Positions 24,786 to 36,949 of a stretch of 64,000 nt of DNA are shown piece by piece. Origin of the DNA: Mobula birostris (lineage: Eukaryota); contig NC_092399.1 of assembly GCF_030028105.1 (NCBI RefSeq), forward strand, positions 24,572,881 to 24,636,880. The letters run 5' to 3'. A program made the position numbers and the translations under genes. Numbering within the stretch: position 1 is the first letter of the stretch; each line of letters starts with the position of its first letter. The notes under the pieces were generated by a model. That model searched no databases. It was not told the DNA's origin and saw only the letters and a program-made list of their open reading frames with translations.

Positions 24786-24863
24786 TTTACTGTTTACAGT
24801 TTGAACTTTTTTCTTTTTTTGATTATCTTTGATTTTCGATTCCCCCGTATTAATCTTCCAGAA

Positions 24864-24878
24864 CCACTTCTGACACCA
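24864..24878 (-). promoter_or_regulatory. Primer binding site complementary to the tRNA-Leu 3' end
   Basis: TGGTGTCAGAAGTGG directly after the 5' LTR; complementary to CCACTTCTGACACCA of vertebrate tRNA-Leu(CAA/CAG). Confidence 0.85.
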
Positions 24879-25074
24879 TGTTATGTTACTTCTATTTAAA
24901 CGCACTGTGGGTTAACAGTACAGAACCATGTTCTGGAAGAATTAGAGAAGTTTTATTTACAGTAATAAACATACGTCTTAACCCAGTCACATGCTGGAAC
25001 GTTCTAGCAATCCTGCGCATGCTCAGTGCTCTGTCAAATCATGTACTGGCACATCATTGCACGTGATATCACCA
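24879..25074 (-). repeat. 5' LTR (196 bp)
   Basis: Direct repeat of 22940-23137, TG..CA ends, TSD adjacent. Confidence 0.95.
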
Positions 25075-25184
25075 GTCACTTTATCTAATTTCACATTCCG
25101 TGCTGGTGAATCGTAAACTTACAATGCTGTGGCTGCTGCTTTTGGTAATCATTAATTCTGAAACTTTATGCTTTATGCTGTCAT

Positions 25185-25610
25185 AGTCAAAGTCAAGTTT
25201 ACTGCCATATGCACAAATACATGTATGCACAGTTCATAGAATATTATAAGCAGCTACATCACTGATACATAGCATTTTATAAATGGTATTAAAAATACAT
25301 GTATTAAACATAACTTACATACACTTTTTCCGAGGCTAGAACACAATCAGAACAAAAACAATACAAAGTCTATTTTAGTGCAAAGTGATCAAAATGGACA
25401 TAGTGTTGTTAGGCTGTAGTGATTAGTTGTTAAGGTTGCTTCAAGAACTAAATGGTTGGAGGGAAGTAACTGCTCTTGAACCTGTTGGTGTGCAACTTCA
25501 GACTTCTGTACCTCCTGCCTGATGGTATCTGTGAGAAGATATCAAGGTCTGGATGATAGGGATTGTTGATGATGGATATTACTTTTTGTAGATGGCAGCA
25601 CCTCTTGTAG
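25185..25610 (-). mobile_element. Rex1-type LINE 3' fragment
   Basis: ttcagacttctgtacctcctgcctgatgg, homologous to 2285-2315. Confidence 0.65.
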
Positions 25611-25665
25611 ATTCTTGCAAAGTCAGAAATAAGATCTTCCCAATATAAGAAATAGAAGCAGGAGT

Positions 25666-26766
25666 TGTCACTGTCCGGTCCGTTGACTTCTCATTTCAGT
25701 TAATTTCTTTTTCCCCATGTTCTACCGGGCTCCTTGATTAGGGCACCTGATCCTCATCCAAACCGGCAGCATAAAAACTCCAGCTTACATCTACTCAGTG
25801 CTGGACCGTCACACTGCAGCCTGTGTGGCAATGCATGTTCCGGGGCCACCGAGAATGGACTCCTCAGCCAGTGAGGCAATGCAGGACACAGACACGGAGG
25901 TAACAATAACAGAAGTGTATCTTATTAATAGTTGCCAGGAAGGCTGGAGAGCGAGGATTAGATGCTTACATGGACGTAAACGTTGGACAACAAACCAGAG
26001 GAACCTGGACTTGGACTTGGCCACACAGCCTGGACTCAGACACGGAACCTGGACTTGAACTCGGATGCGGAACCTGGACTTGGGCCGCTGAGAATGGTAG
26101 ATTTTAAGTGGCTTCCCTTCTCCAGGAATTCTGTCTCTTCATGTTTAGCTAAGTGATTGCTGGCCATTTGCCGCTTCATGTGCTACCCCATGTCAAGATA
26201 TGAATTGTCTGCCGTTGTTGGGTTTTGTCATCTAGTGTCCAGCTGAGGATTGATGTCCATTTGCCCCTCCTCCGAGCCAAGACAAAAATTGTCTGTCGTT
26301 GTTGGGTTTTGTCGTCCCATGTCAAAGTCCGAGTCCAGGCTCCGAGTCCAAGTCAAGTCCGAGTCCAGGCTCCGAGTCCATGTCAAGTCCAAGTCCAGGC
26401 TCCGAGTCCAAGTCAAGTCCAAGTCCAGGCTCCGAGTCCATGTCAAGTTCGAGTCCAGGCTTCATGTCCGAGTCCAAATCCAAGTCCAGGTTCCACGTCC
26501 GAGTCCAAGCCCAAGTCCAGGTTCCGCGTTCGAGTTCAAGTCCAGGTTCCGTGTCTGAGTCCAGGCTCCGTGGCCGAGTCCAGGCTCTGTGGCCAAGTCC
26601 AAGTCCAGGTTCCTCTGGGTTGTTGTCCAATGTTTACGTCCATGTAAGCATCTAATCCTCGCTCTCCGGCCTTCCTGGCAACTATTAATAAAATATACTT
26701 CTGTTAATGTTACCTCCGTGTCTGTGTCCTGCACTTGGGCCCGCTCCCAAATGCCGCATTGTAACA
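25666..26766 (+). mobile_element. Solo Gypsy-like LTR with internal 30-bp tandem array and inverted self-duplication
   Basis: TG..CA ends; TSD ggagt at 25661-25665 and 26767-26771; aataaa near 26686; ctgcacttggg 3' motif. Confidence 0.8.
26320..26612 (+). repeat. Tandem repeat with a ~30-bp unit built from gagtcc/aagtcc hexamers
   Basis: gtccaggctccgagtccaagtcaagtcc units repeated. Confidence 0.9.
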
Positions 26767-27100
26767 GGAGTAGGCCATCTGTCCTGTAGATCTTGCTCTA
26801 CCATTCAATAAGATCATAGCAGATCTGGCAATGGACTCTGCTCTACTTACCTGCCTTTTCACCATAACCCTAATCCCCCTGCTATGTACAAATCTATCCA
26901 ACTGTATCTTAATAAGGTAGACTCAACTGCTTACATGGGCTGAAAGTTGCACAGATTCACTCTTCTCTGGGAAAAGCAGTTTGTCCTCATTGCTGTTCTA
27001 AATTTATTCCCCCGAACCTTAAGGCTATGTCCCTTGTTCTAGCCTTATGTACCAGTGGAAACAACATTCTTGCCTCTGCTTTATCTATCCCTTTCATAAT

Positions 27101-27790
27101 TGTAAGGGGGTTTCGTCTTTTATGTTACTGTGTAGGCTAATTAAAATGGCTTCTTTGTTATGTTATACTTAGGAATGCTTCTTTGTTATGTTAAACGCTG
27201 AGAAAGTCCTTCCCGCTAGCAGTTTGTTTTGTATTATCTATTGATATGAAGACGAATGAACCAATTAGGATAGTTGTTATGTTTTGGTGTATTTGAAGAT
27301 ACTGTATGCACGGGGTTTAGGGGCAGAAGGCGGGAGAGAGAGACAGAAAATGGACCAGGTGCTGTGAGTCCGCTAACGTGGTCGGACCCCTAGCGGGGCT
27401 TTCGGCGAGGAGATGGAGACGGACTCGTGTGAAGCATCTGGTCAACCACCGTTGTTGGTCCCAGGCGGCCAGTCGAGGTGGTCTAAGAGGTCGCAGGGTG
27501 AAGAGGGTCCAGAGCTCCAACTTTTTTGTGCACGAAGAGATTGAACTTTGATAAGTGTGGCACCTTTTATTTTCCTTTTATATTTTATTTTCTATTAATT
27601 ATATAGTTCCAGTAATATCTATAAACTGTAAATCATTTAATCGTATCTGGTGTATTGTCTGTTATTTGGGCGGGGTGGGGTACATCACACAGCATCCACA
27701 CAAACTAATTACCCAGATTGCAGGGGCCGAGGGCTGTTTCTCTAGACGACAGCGAGCCGAGTGACCCTAAGGCTGGCCTGGGAGGCTATA
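27101..27790 (+). mobile_element. Solo LTR
   Basis: Starts tgtaag, ends ctata (degenerate CA); 4-bp TSD taat at 27097-27100 and 27791-27794; interrupts CR1; related to 45160-45676. Confidence 0.75.
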
Positions 27791-29215
27791 TAATTTTATA
27801 CGTTGAGTATCGTCACAGATGATTCAATCACTCCTCATAGACTAATCCTTTACCTCTAAAGTCAACCTGGTGAACTCCTCTGCACTGTATCTTTCCTCAG
27901 TTAAGGAGACTAGAACTACACGTAGTTCTCTAAACACAGCCTCAACAGTAACCTGTACACTTGCAGAATAGCCTCCCTGCTTTTAAATTCAAGCCCTCTA
28001 GTAATGGAAGCCAACGTTCCATTTGGCTTCTTAACAACCTGTTCCACCTGCAAACCAATGTTTGTGATTCATGCATATGCACTCACAAGTACCTCCACAC
28101 AACAGCATCATGCTGTTTCACTATTTAAATGAAAATCTGATCTTTTTTTTACCTCCCAAAGTAGATAACTTAATATTTACCAACATTGTACTCCTTCTGC
28201 CAGACACTTGCCCACTCATTCAACTTCAATCTCTTCCTCTTTTTTCAACTGCCTCATTATATCCTCAAAGAACTCCAGTAAGTTTGTCAAACAGGATCTG
28301 CTCTTCATGAATCCGTGCTGTGTCTGCCTGATGGAATTACCTGCATCCAGATGTCTCATTATTGCTTCCTTAATGATAGCTTCAAACATTTTCCTGACTA
28401 CTGCAATTAAGATAACTGGTCTATAATTACCCAAATTTTGCCTATATCCTTTTTTTAAAGTGTTATGATATTTTCTGTCTTCCAACCATTGGGACTACCC
28501 AAAATCCATTGAATTGTGGTAAATTATCATAAGTATATCTGCTCTAACTTCCGCCATTTTTTCAGTACCAATGGATTCATCCCACCAGGACCAGGGGACT
28601 TGTTTACATTAGGCCCACCAGTTTACTCATTGCTATCTCTTTAGTAACAGTGATGGAACTGAGGTCCTCACCTCCCATCTCATCTATAACGTAAGTAGAA
28701 GGAGAACATCCATCTGTTCAGCCTCTATCTCATCTCATGTGTTCTTAAACAGAACTGGGATTCATCCATCGAGGCCATGCCAGCACATTCTCAGAAATCT
28801 GATTTTCCCACTTATTTCTATATAGCTAACCTCTCTCATATAAAGGTATCACAAAAATGGACGAGTTCGATGAACATGGAGGGCCATGTGGGAGGAAATT
28901 TCGGTGTGATGAATTGGGGGCGGATGGTGGAAGAGGAAGATGCTTCTGACAGTGGAATCCTATTCAAGGCGGTGGATGCTCTGCTGAATATGAAGGGTTG
29001 TGGGTTGGAATGATAGAACATGTTTTAGAGAGCTGAGAACAAAAGTGTGAGGTGAAGACTTATTTGGGATATAGTCAAATATGATAAGATGAAAGTCACA
29101 TCCAAGAAAAAAAAGGAAGACATCTCAACTACTCTGGTGTGGAAAGCCTTGTTTTCCCGATTAGCTATGTATGTTTGTGACAAAAAACAAAATTGGGAGA
29201 AAGCAATGGAAGTTG

Positions 29216-30545
29216 TAAACACAAAATAATCTGCAGATGCTGTTGTCAAAGGAACACTCACAATGCGCTGGAGGAACTCAGCAGGTCAGTCAGCATCAGC
29301 TGAAAAGATTAGTCGACGTTTCGGACCGAAACCCTTTGTCAGGACTGAAGGAAGAACTTTGGGGAGGGTTTGAAGAATGCTGGTAGTTGAAAAAAACAGT
29401 AATTTGAAAGACAAAGGGGTGGGGGAGGGGAAACAGGGAGGTGATTGGCAGGAGAACAATCGGAAGTAGTAGAAGGAGGCGGAACTATGAGGGAGCTGAT
29501 GTGAAATAGTGATAGAGGAAGGGAGGAGGAGGGAATTACCGGAAGTTGGAAAATTCTATGTTCATACCAAGGGGCTGGAGACTACCTAGACGGTATATGA
29601 GGTGTTGCTCCTCCAACCTGAGTTTAGCCTCATCATGGCAGTAGAAGAGGCCATGTATGGACATATCTGAATGGGAATGGGAAGCAGAGTTGAAGTGGGT
29701 GGCTGCCGGGAGATCCTCTCTGTTGTGGCGGATGGAGTGGAGGTGCTCGATGAAGCAGTCCCCCAACCTGTGTCGGGTTTCACCGATGTAGAGGAGGCCA
29801 CACCAGGAGCACCGGATGCAATAGATGACCCCAACAGATTCGCAAGTGAAATGTTGCCTCACCTGGAAGGACTGTTTGGGGCGCTGAATGGTGGCAAGAG
29901 AGGAGGTGTAGGGTCAGGTGTAGCACTTACGCTTACAGGGATAAGTGGGGATGGACGTGCGGATAAGTGAGTCGCGGAGGGATCGATCCCTGCAGAAAGC
30001 GGAGAGGGGTGGAGAGGGAAAGATGTGCTTAGTGGTGGGGTCCTGTTGAAGGTGGCGGAAGTTGTGGAGGATAATGTGCTGGATCTGGAGGCTGGTGGGG
30101 TGGTAGGTGAGGACAAGGGGAACTCTGTCCCTGTTGTGGTGGCGGGAAGATGGGGTGAGGGCTGAAGTGCAGGAAATGGAGGAGATGCGGGTGAGGGCAT
30201 CATTGATCACCGTAGAAGGGAAACCACGATCCTTAAAGAAAGAGGACATTTTAGATGTCCTGGAATGGAAAGCCTCATCCTGGGAGCAGATGTGGCGGAG
30301 ATGGAGGAACTGGGAATAGGGAATGGCATTTTTGCATGTGGCGGGGTGGGAAGAGGTATATTCGAGGTAGATATGAGAGTCAGTGGGCTTGTAGAAGATG
30401 TCAGTGGACAGTCTGTCTCCAGAGATGGAGACCGAGACATGGAGAAAGGGGAGAGAAGTGTCAGAGATAGACCAAGTGAATTTGAGGGCTGGGTGGAAGT
30501 TTGAAGTAAAGTCGATGAAATTGTCGAGCTCAGCATGGGTGCAGG
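29216..30545 (-). mobile_element. Penelope-like element, 5'-truncated (RT thumb, GIY-YIG endonuclease, pLTR), nested in an older Penelope (about 28890-31000)
   Basis: FTCESVGVIYCIRCSWCGLLYIGET...EQHLIYRLGSLQPLGMN; RVPLVLTYHP; TSD aagca(a/g)tggaagttg at 29201-29215 and 30546-30560. Confidence 0.9.
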
Positions 30546-31309
30546 AAGCAGTGGAAGTTGGTTGGTGGGAGTATAGTTGAAGCAGCAGTGGGAATTTGTG
30601 GGCTTCTAATGAATATTTGTTTTAGCCCTATTATCTATGATGGAGATAGGGATGGAGATATCAAGGAAAGAAAGGAATAAGCTTAATATTGACCATGTAA
30701 GACTAATATCAGAGTGGAGATTGGCAGCAAAAGTAATGAAACTTTTGAGCACTGTAGGAGTGTCGAAGGCAGCTGTAATAGAGCCATCAATGAAACTGAA
30801 AAGGAGGTGAGGGAGCTCCTTCAATAGAACTGAAACAAAGATTGCTTCACATATCCCATGAAGAGAGAAGCAAAACCCCATAGCTCCACCTTGAATCTGG
30901 AGAAACTGAGTGGTGTTGCCAGAGAGGGTGCCCAAATTAGAACCAGTTCAACTGGGTGGATCAGAGTAGTGATGGAGGGAGTGTGGTCTCTGTAAGGAAT
31001 AAAGGAAGGACCTTCAGCCCATCTTTAGGGGTAGTGTATCAATGGTGAAGGTGTACTGAAAGGGAATTCAAATAATGACAGAGGGCTTCAATGATGGCAC
31101 AGATGTATATGGCAAAAGACTGGATAAGTGGAGAAAGAAAAGATTAAGAGCTGGTTGAAAGAATAGATCCACCAGGAGATTTCAGCTTACGAATGGAGAG
31201 AAGACATTGAACTACATTCTGCATGGCTCTAGGACTGAGATGAGATAAAGAAGGCATGTTATTCTGGGAGAGTGACTGAGATACCGGTTGTCTGGGTCAA
31301 CATATATAA

Positions 31310-31455
31310 AAATGATGGAGGAACTCAGTAGCTCAGGCAGTATCCACAGAGGAAAATAATCCTGATGAAGGCTCTTAGATTGAAATGTCAGCGATTCATT
31401 TTCTTTCATATTTACTGCCTGACCTGCTGAGTTCCTCCAGCATTTTGTGAGTATT
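31310..31455. mobile_element. Inverted pair of Penelope pLTR halves with degenerate hammerhead
   Basis: tggaggaactcag ... ctgagttcctcca arms around cctgatgaagg...tgaaatgtc. Confidence 0.65.
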
Positions 31456-31769
31456 CATCTGGGAGAGTGACGATTTGGGAGACAAAAGTCTGATATCCAA
31501 TATGTTCATCTGTACCATTTTATACCTTCAAATACCTTTGAATAGAGGAGTATGCTCAAAAAGAACAAACGCCAACCTGCTGACAATGGCATACTGCGGT
31601 GATTTGATTAACTGAAATCTGATGAACTCTTGCAATGACCTCAGATACCCCCTCTCACCTCCCACAGGGTTATGACCCTCCATTGAGCAGCAGACCACTC
31701 AGTCACTGATCTCACTTTCTCCACAAACAGCCTCTATTCTTGGAGTCTGCTTTTGTTTCTGATTTTAAT

Positions 31770-32115
31770 GACGGCCATTCATAAATGTCAGCTTGGCTCA
31801 GATCTGGATTTCTTGCTTTGGAGTAATGCAGTAGTGGCTCCAGGCTTTATTGCAGCAAATGAGCATGTCAGATTGGTCAGTCAAAATGGTGTGCTTTCTT
31901 TTAGCTGAGAAGATAAGTTGGAATATTGCCCATTTGTAAATTAGATGCAAATGATCCCACTACGATATTAAGAGCAGACGAGTTTTTATGATGCACGTTT
32001 ATCCTAATGAAAAACTGATTAATTTTAACAACTGTGAGACCTTGATGCGCAAAATCACCTTTGCAATTCCAGATTTAACAGCAGCAAGTTGCTTCAAAAA
32101 ATAATTGAACAAGTG
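31770..32115 (+). repeat. Ancient Deu-domain-like SINE
   Basis: gtcagcttggctcag head; atcccacta and ctgtgagaccttg...caaaatca...cttcaaaaaataatt segments resemble SacSINE/AmnSINE; highly diverged. Confidence 0.45.
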
Positions 32116-33414
32116 GTGAACTTTCTTACATTTTATTAATAATTAATGATTTAAAGCAAAACATTTCAACCTTTTCCAACACCTTCAAGTATCTCTGATC
32201 ATCTGGGACATTTGGAGCCATGAGATACCATTGGCAATATTAGGAGTCGAAGTGCTATTGGGACTAGCTGTGTGACTTATTTGAGGAACATCTCAGATCA
32301 ATTGTTTGGGAAAGTCTCTGATCATCTCCTGTTCGGGACTTTCTAGCCTTCAAGATTCAGTGACATTTAGATTGTTTTCATTGTACTTCAAGTTTTCTTT
32401 GTCTCCACTCATTTACATTTCCTCTTCATGTTCTCTCATCACTACCGTCGGCAACATTTGATCCATCTTGTCCCAATTCTTCCCTTCTGTTCTCCACTAC
32501 CTTCTCTGCAATTTAAAACTCAGTTCTTTTTAGAATTGGAGAAATGTCGTCGACCTGAAAACTTAACTCTTTGTCTTACCACGTAGGTACTTCCTGACCT
32601 TCTGTGTATTTGTGAATTTGCAGTATTACTTTTTTAAATAGGGGTGGCACAGTAGTACAGTGGCTAGTGCAGTTGTCTTGGCCAATGATCACCAAGGTAG
32701 AAAAAATCTGCAGATGCTGGAAATCTAAGCCACACACACAATGCTGGAGGAACTCAGCAGGCCAGACAGCATCCACGGAAAAGTTTAAACAAATGTCATT
32801 TTGGGCCGAGACCCTTCATCAGGCCTGGAAAAAAAAAATGAGAAGTTAGAGCAAGGAAGTTGGAGGAAGTGAATAAGAAGTAGGAGGCGGTAGGTGATAG
32901 GTGAAACTGGGAGAGGGGAGGGGTGAAGTAAGGAGATGGGAAGTTGATTGTTGAAAGAGATAAAGGGCTGGAGAAGGGGGAATCTGATAGGGGAGGGTAG
33001 AAAGGGAAGATGGAGGAGCACCAGAGAGAAGTGATGGGAAGATAAGGAGATAACGTGAGAGAGGGAAACGGAAATGGGGGAATGGTGAGGGGGGGATTGC
33101 AATTACTGGAAGTTCGAGAAATTGATTTTCATTGCATCGGATTGGAGGCTACCCAGATGGAATATAAGGTGTTGCTCCTCCAACCTGAGTGTAGCCTCTT
33201 CACAGCAGTAGAGGAGGCCATAGAGTGACATGTTGGAATGGGAATGGGAAGTAGAATTGAAATGGGTGGCCACTGGGAGATCACGAGTTTTCTGGCGGAT
33301 GAAGCGCAGGTGCTCAGCGAAGCGGTCTCCCAATCTACGTTGGAGCTCACTGATGTACAGGAGACCGCACCGCGAGCATAGCTTAAGGTAAATGACCCCA
33401 ACAGACTCACAGGT

Positions 33415-34411
33415 TATTCTCCGTAACTTCCGCCACCTCCAACGGGATCCCACCACTAAGCACATCTTTCCCTCCCCCCTCTCTCTGCTTTCCGCAGGGA
33501 TAGCTCCCTACACGACTCCCTTGTCCATTCGTCCCCCCCATCCTTCCCCACTGATCTCCCTCCTGGCACTTATCTGTGTAAGCGGAACAAGTGCTACACA
33601 TGCCCTTACACTTCCTCCCTTACCACCATTCAGGGCCCCAAACAGTCCTTCCAGGTGAGGCAACACTTCACCTGTGAGTCAGCTAGGGTGCTATACTGCG
33701 TCCGGTGCTCCCGATGTGGCCTTTTATATATTGGCGAGATCCGACGCAGACTGGGAGACCGCTTTGCTGAACACCTACGCTCCGTCCGCCAGAGAAAGCA
33801 GGATCTCCCAATGGCCACACATTTTAATTCCACATCCCATTCCCGTTCTGACATGTCTATCCATGGCCTCCTCTACTGTAAAGATGAAGCCACACTCAGG
33901 TTGCAGGAACAACACCTTATATTCTGTCTGGGTAGTCTCCAACCTGATGGCATGAACATCGACTTCTCTAACTTCCGCTAATGCCCCACCTTCCCCTCGT
34001 ACCCCATGTGTTACTTATTTTTATACACACATTCTTTCTCTCACTCTCCTTTTTCTCCCTCTGTCCCTCTGAATATACCCCTTGCCCACCCTCTGGGTCC
34101 CCCTCCCACCTCCTTGTCTTTCTTCCCGGACCTCCTGTCCCATGATCCTCTCGTATCCCTTTTGCCTACCACCTGTCCAGCTCTTGGCTCTATCCCTCCC
34201 CCTCCTGTCTTCTCCTATCATTTCGGATCTCCCCCTCCCCCTCCAACTTTCAAATCCCTTACTCACTCTTCCTTCAGTTAGTCCTGACGAAGGGTCTCGG
34301 CCTGAAACGTCGACTGCACCTCTTCCTAGAGATGCTGCCCGGCCTGCTGCGTTCACCAGCAACTTTGATGTGTGTTGCTTGAATTTCCAGCATCTGCAGA
34401 ATTCCTGTTGT
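33415..34411 (+). mobile_element. Penelope-like element 3' portion (GIY-YIG and pLTR)
   Basis: ORF 33655-33981 has a GIY-YIG domain with CxxC/H residues; TSD tcacaggt at 33407-33414 and 34412-34419. Confidence 0.9.
34280..34315 (+). ncRNA. Minimal type I hammerhead ribozyme motif in Penelope pLTR
   Basis: agtc-CTGACGA-AGG gtctcgg CCT-GAAAC-GTC-gact: conserved core, stem II, stem I agtc/gact, GUC cleavage triplet. Confidence 0.8.
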
Positions 34412-35089
34412 TCACAGGTGAAGTGTTGCCTCACCTGGAAGGACAGTTTGGGGCCCTGAAGGGTAGTGAAGGGGGAGATGTAGGAGCAGGTGTAGCATTT
34501 GTTCCGTTTGCAAGTATGAGCGCTAGGAGGGAGATCAGTAGGGAGGGATGAATGGACAAGAGAGTTGCATAAGGAGCGATCCCTGTGGAAAGCAGAAAGT
34601 GGAGGCGGGGTGGGGGAGGAGGGAAAGATGTGCTAATGGTGGGATCCTGCTGAAGTTGGCGGAAGTTACAGAGAACTAGGTGCTGGATGCAGAGGCTAGT
34701 GAAGTGGAAGGTTAGGACAAGAGCAACCCTATCCCTGGTGGGGTGGTGGGAGGATGGGATGAGGCCAGATGTGTGCAAAATGGAAGCGATGTGGGTGACA
34801 GCAGTGTTGATGGTGGTAGAATTTTGTACATTCTCCTTGTGAATGTACAAAATTCCACCTGGTGCTCTGGTTTCCTCCCACATTCCAAAAAAGTATGATT
34901 AAAGCTCAGCATGTTATGCTGCTGGTGGAAGCACGGTGACGCTTGTGGGCTCCCCCAGCACAATCCTCGGCCTGTGTCGGTCATTGACGCAAAATGATGC
35001 ATTTCACTGTGTGATTTGATGCCTTGATGTACGTATGACAAACAAAGCAAATCTTTTAATATAGATAATGGGAACTTATTTTGGAGACC

Positions 35090-36545
35090 ACAATGGATAG
35101 AAAGATAGATTAATCAAGGGTAGTTAAGTTGACGTTGTGTCTGACTATCTTGGGCATGGTTTGTGAGGAGGTTACAACTTACAGTTAACAAGGACAATGA
35201 TTCTTCTATTCAAACACATGACTTCAGCAGTCAAGTTTCCACACAGTTGACTAGGCAGGAAAGCAAAGGCTTGCAGGATTCATGAGCAATATAAAACTTG
35301 GATCTAAAACTGACTCACCGATAGGAAAGTAAGGGGAATAGTTCACAGGAATCTTAATGATATGCAGTGGGGATTTGCAGGAATTTGAGCTAAAAACCTG
35401 TTTTCTCTTGGCATGATTCAAACATCTGAATGGAGGGCAATGATTGAAAGTTTGTAGATGATACTCAAACTGTCTTTATACTTGGTAGAGAGGAAGACAA
35501 TGCTCCAGACTGCAGGAAGACATCAGTGGATTAGTTAGGTGAGCAAAGTTTGGCAAAAGGAAATTAATCCATTTGAGGTTAAACAGGGCAAAAAAAAAAA
35601 TAGGACATAGGAAAATATCAGATTCACATCCAGATTTATTTATCACCCGTATATTGAAGCATACAGTGAAATGTGCCATTTGAGTTAACAATCAACACAC
35701 ACAAGGATGTGCTGGGGGAAGCCCGCAGGTTCCTCCACACATCACATGCCCACAATGCTCAGAAGAACTATACACAACAAAACAGAACATACCAAGTGAC
35801 AAAGCAACAACTGCAAGCCCCATTCCTCTACCAACCATGCAATACACAGTTCTCTACCAAAGTACAGGCTATCTTTGGCCTCAATCACTCAGCAAATGCA
35901 GTAATTTGCAGACATTGGGGCTTTCAACTTCCCCAGCAGACTCCCAGAATTCACAGATGTTGGGCTCTGGCCATGGAGCCTCGACTTCTGGACTTCTGAC
36001 TGACCTTCGGGTGTTGATTATCGACGTTGGACCAGGATTTGTTGATGATGAAGAATGAGGACCCTGGATGGAGACCTGAACCTCAAGCCTAAAACTTTGG
36101 ACTCACTGAAGACCGGACCCAAACACTAGTCCTTCGATTCCAGACATCAGGAATCTGTAGAAAACAATACTGCATGCCTAGTGATTCCTGCAAGTAGGTG
36201 GTAGGTTGACAAGGTGGTTAAGATGGCCGAAGGGATTTTATTTTGTACATGTTGTCCAACGTGCAAGATATTAGAGCAAGCAGGCCATGCTAAAATTGCA
36301 TTTGAAAACTACCACAGTTTAAGTACTATCATAAAGTTATGGGAAGGATTTGAAAGCACAGGTAAGAATATTGAAGAGATTTACAAGGGTGAAATGTAAG
36401 TGTGAGGTTGGGCTTACCTTAGATTGTCTTCTTCAGAAAATTGGAGAATTAATCAAACGGTAGCGTTGGGTAAATGAGGAAGGTTTGTTTCACTTCGTGG
36501 AATCATCAACAGTTAGGGACCTTAGACTTAAAGCAATAGGTTCAA
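35090..36545 (+). mobile_element. Highly degraded CR1 RT/3' fragments with interspersed repeats
   Basis: Remnants such as agtttgtagatgatactcaaact, caggaagacatcagtggattag and caagtaggtggtaggttgacaaggtggttaag. Confidence 0.55.
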
Positions 36546-36949
36546 AGCAACAGTTGATATTCTTATGAGTTCCATTTAATGGGTGGGATATAGTAAAATT
36601 TCCAGTAGTAGTTTTGTATTTTTGGCTAATGTGTTTGGAATGTTCTACATCAGAGTCATAAATTTCCTTGATTCAATATGCAACTGAAGAGGAAATTCTG
36701 CAGATCTTCATTACTGACAGTAGATGGCAGTATTTTGTCAGGAATGAGAATTGTGTGGCTTTAAGTTCTGTATTGGCATTGTCTGGTTTCTGATAATGAA
36801 TCAAATCTGAGAAATTTATATTGGATGACTTTCAGTAATTATAGGATTCGCTTGAGATGTTCTTCAAAATTGGAAGCAATAGACTAGCACCCTGAGGATC
36901 TACCCTGCCCCTTTGGTTGTTTTCTCCTGTTTTGCCAACATCTGGGATT

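Larger units (their letters stand above)
22940..25074 (-). mobile_element. Non-autonomous Gypsy-type (Mag-like) LTR retrotransposon carrying captured host gene fragments
   Basis: Two TG..CA LTRs about 90% identical by manual comparison; TSD gtcac (22935-22939, 25075-25079); PBS, PPT and gag present; no recognisable protease, RT, RNase H or integrase core. Confidence 0.95.
25645..28680 (-). mobile_element. CR1 LINE ORF2/3' end, degraded, interrupted by two solo LTRs
   Basis: GNYRPVIL...QHGFMKSRSCLTNLLEFFED (ORF 28216-28485); 3' end taagaaatagaagcaggagtaggcc is split by the insertion at 25666. Confidence 0.85.
32700..34820 (-). mobile_element. Older Penelope-like element split by a younger opposite-strand copy
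   Basis: GIY-YIG halves at 33103-33414 and 34412-34820 rejoin across the insertion (RQHFTCE / SVGVIY). Confidence 0.85.

Noticed and set aside
26320-26612. Regular repeat array superficially like CRISPR (also 61107-61260)
   Set aside because: No unique spacers, no cas genes, eukaryotic context
26225-26734. Multiple Ser/Pro/Gly-rich or Val/Gln-rich ORFs on both strands
   Set aside because: Translations of the 30-bp tandem array inside a solo LTR, not genes
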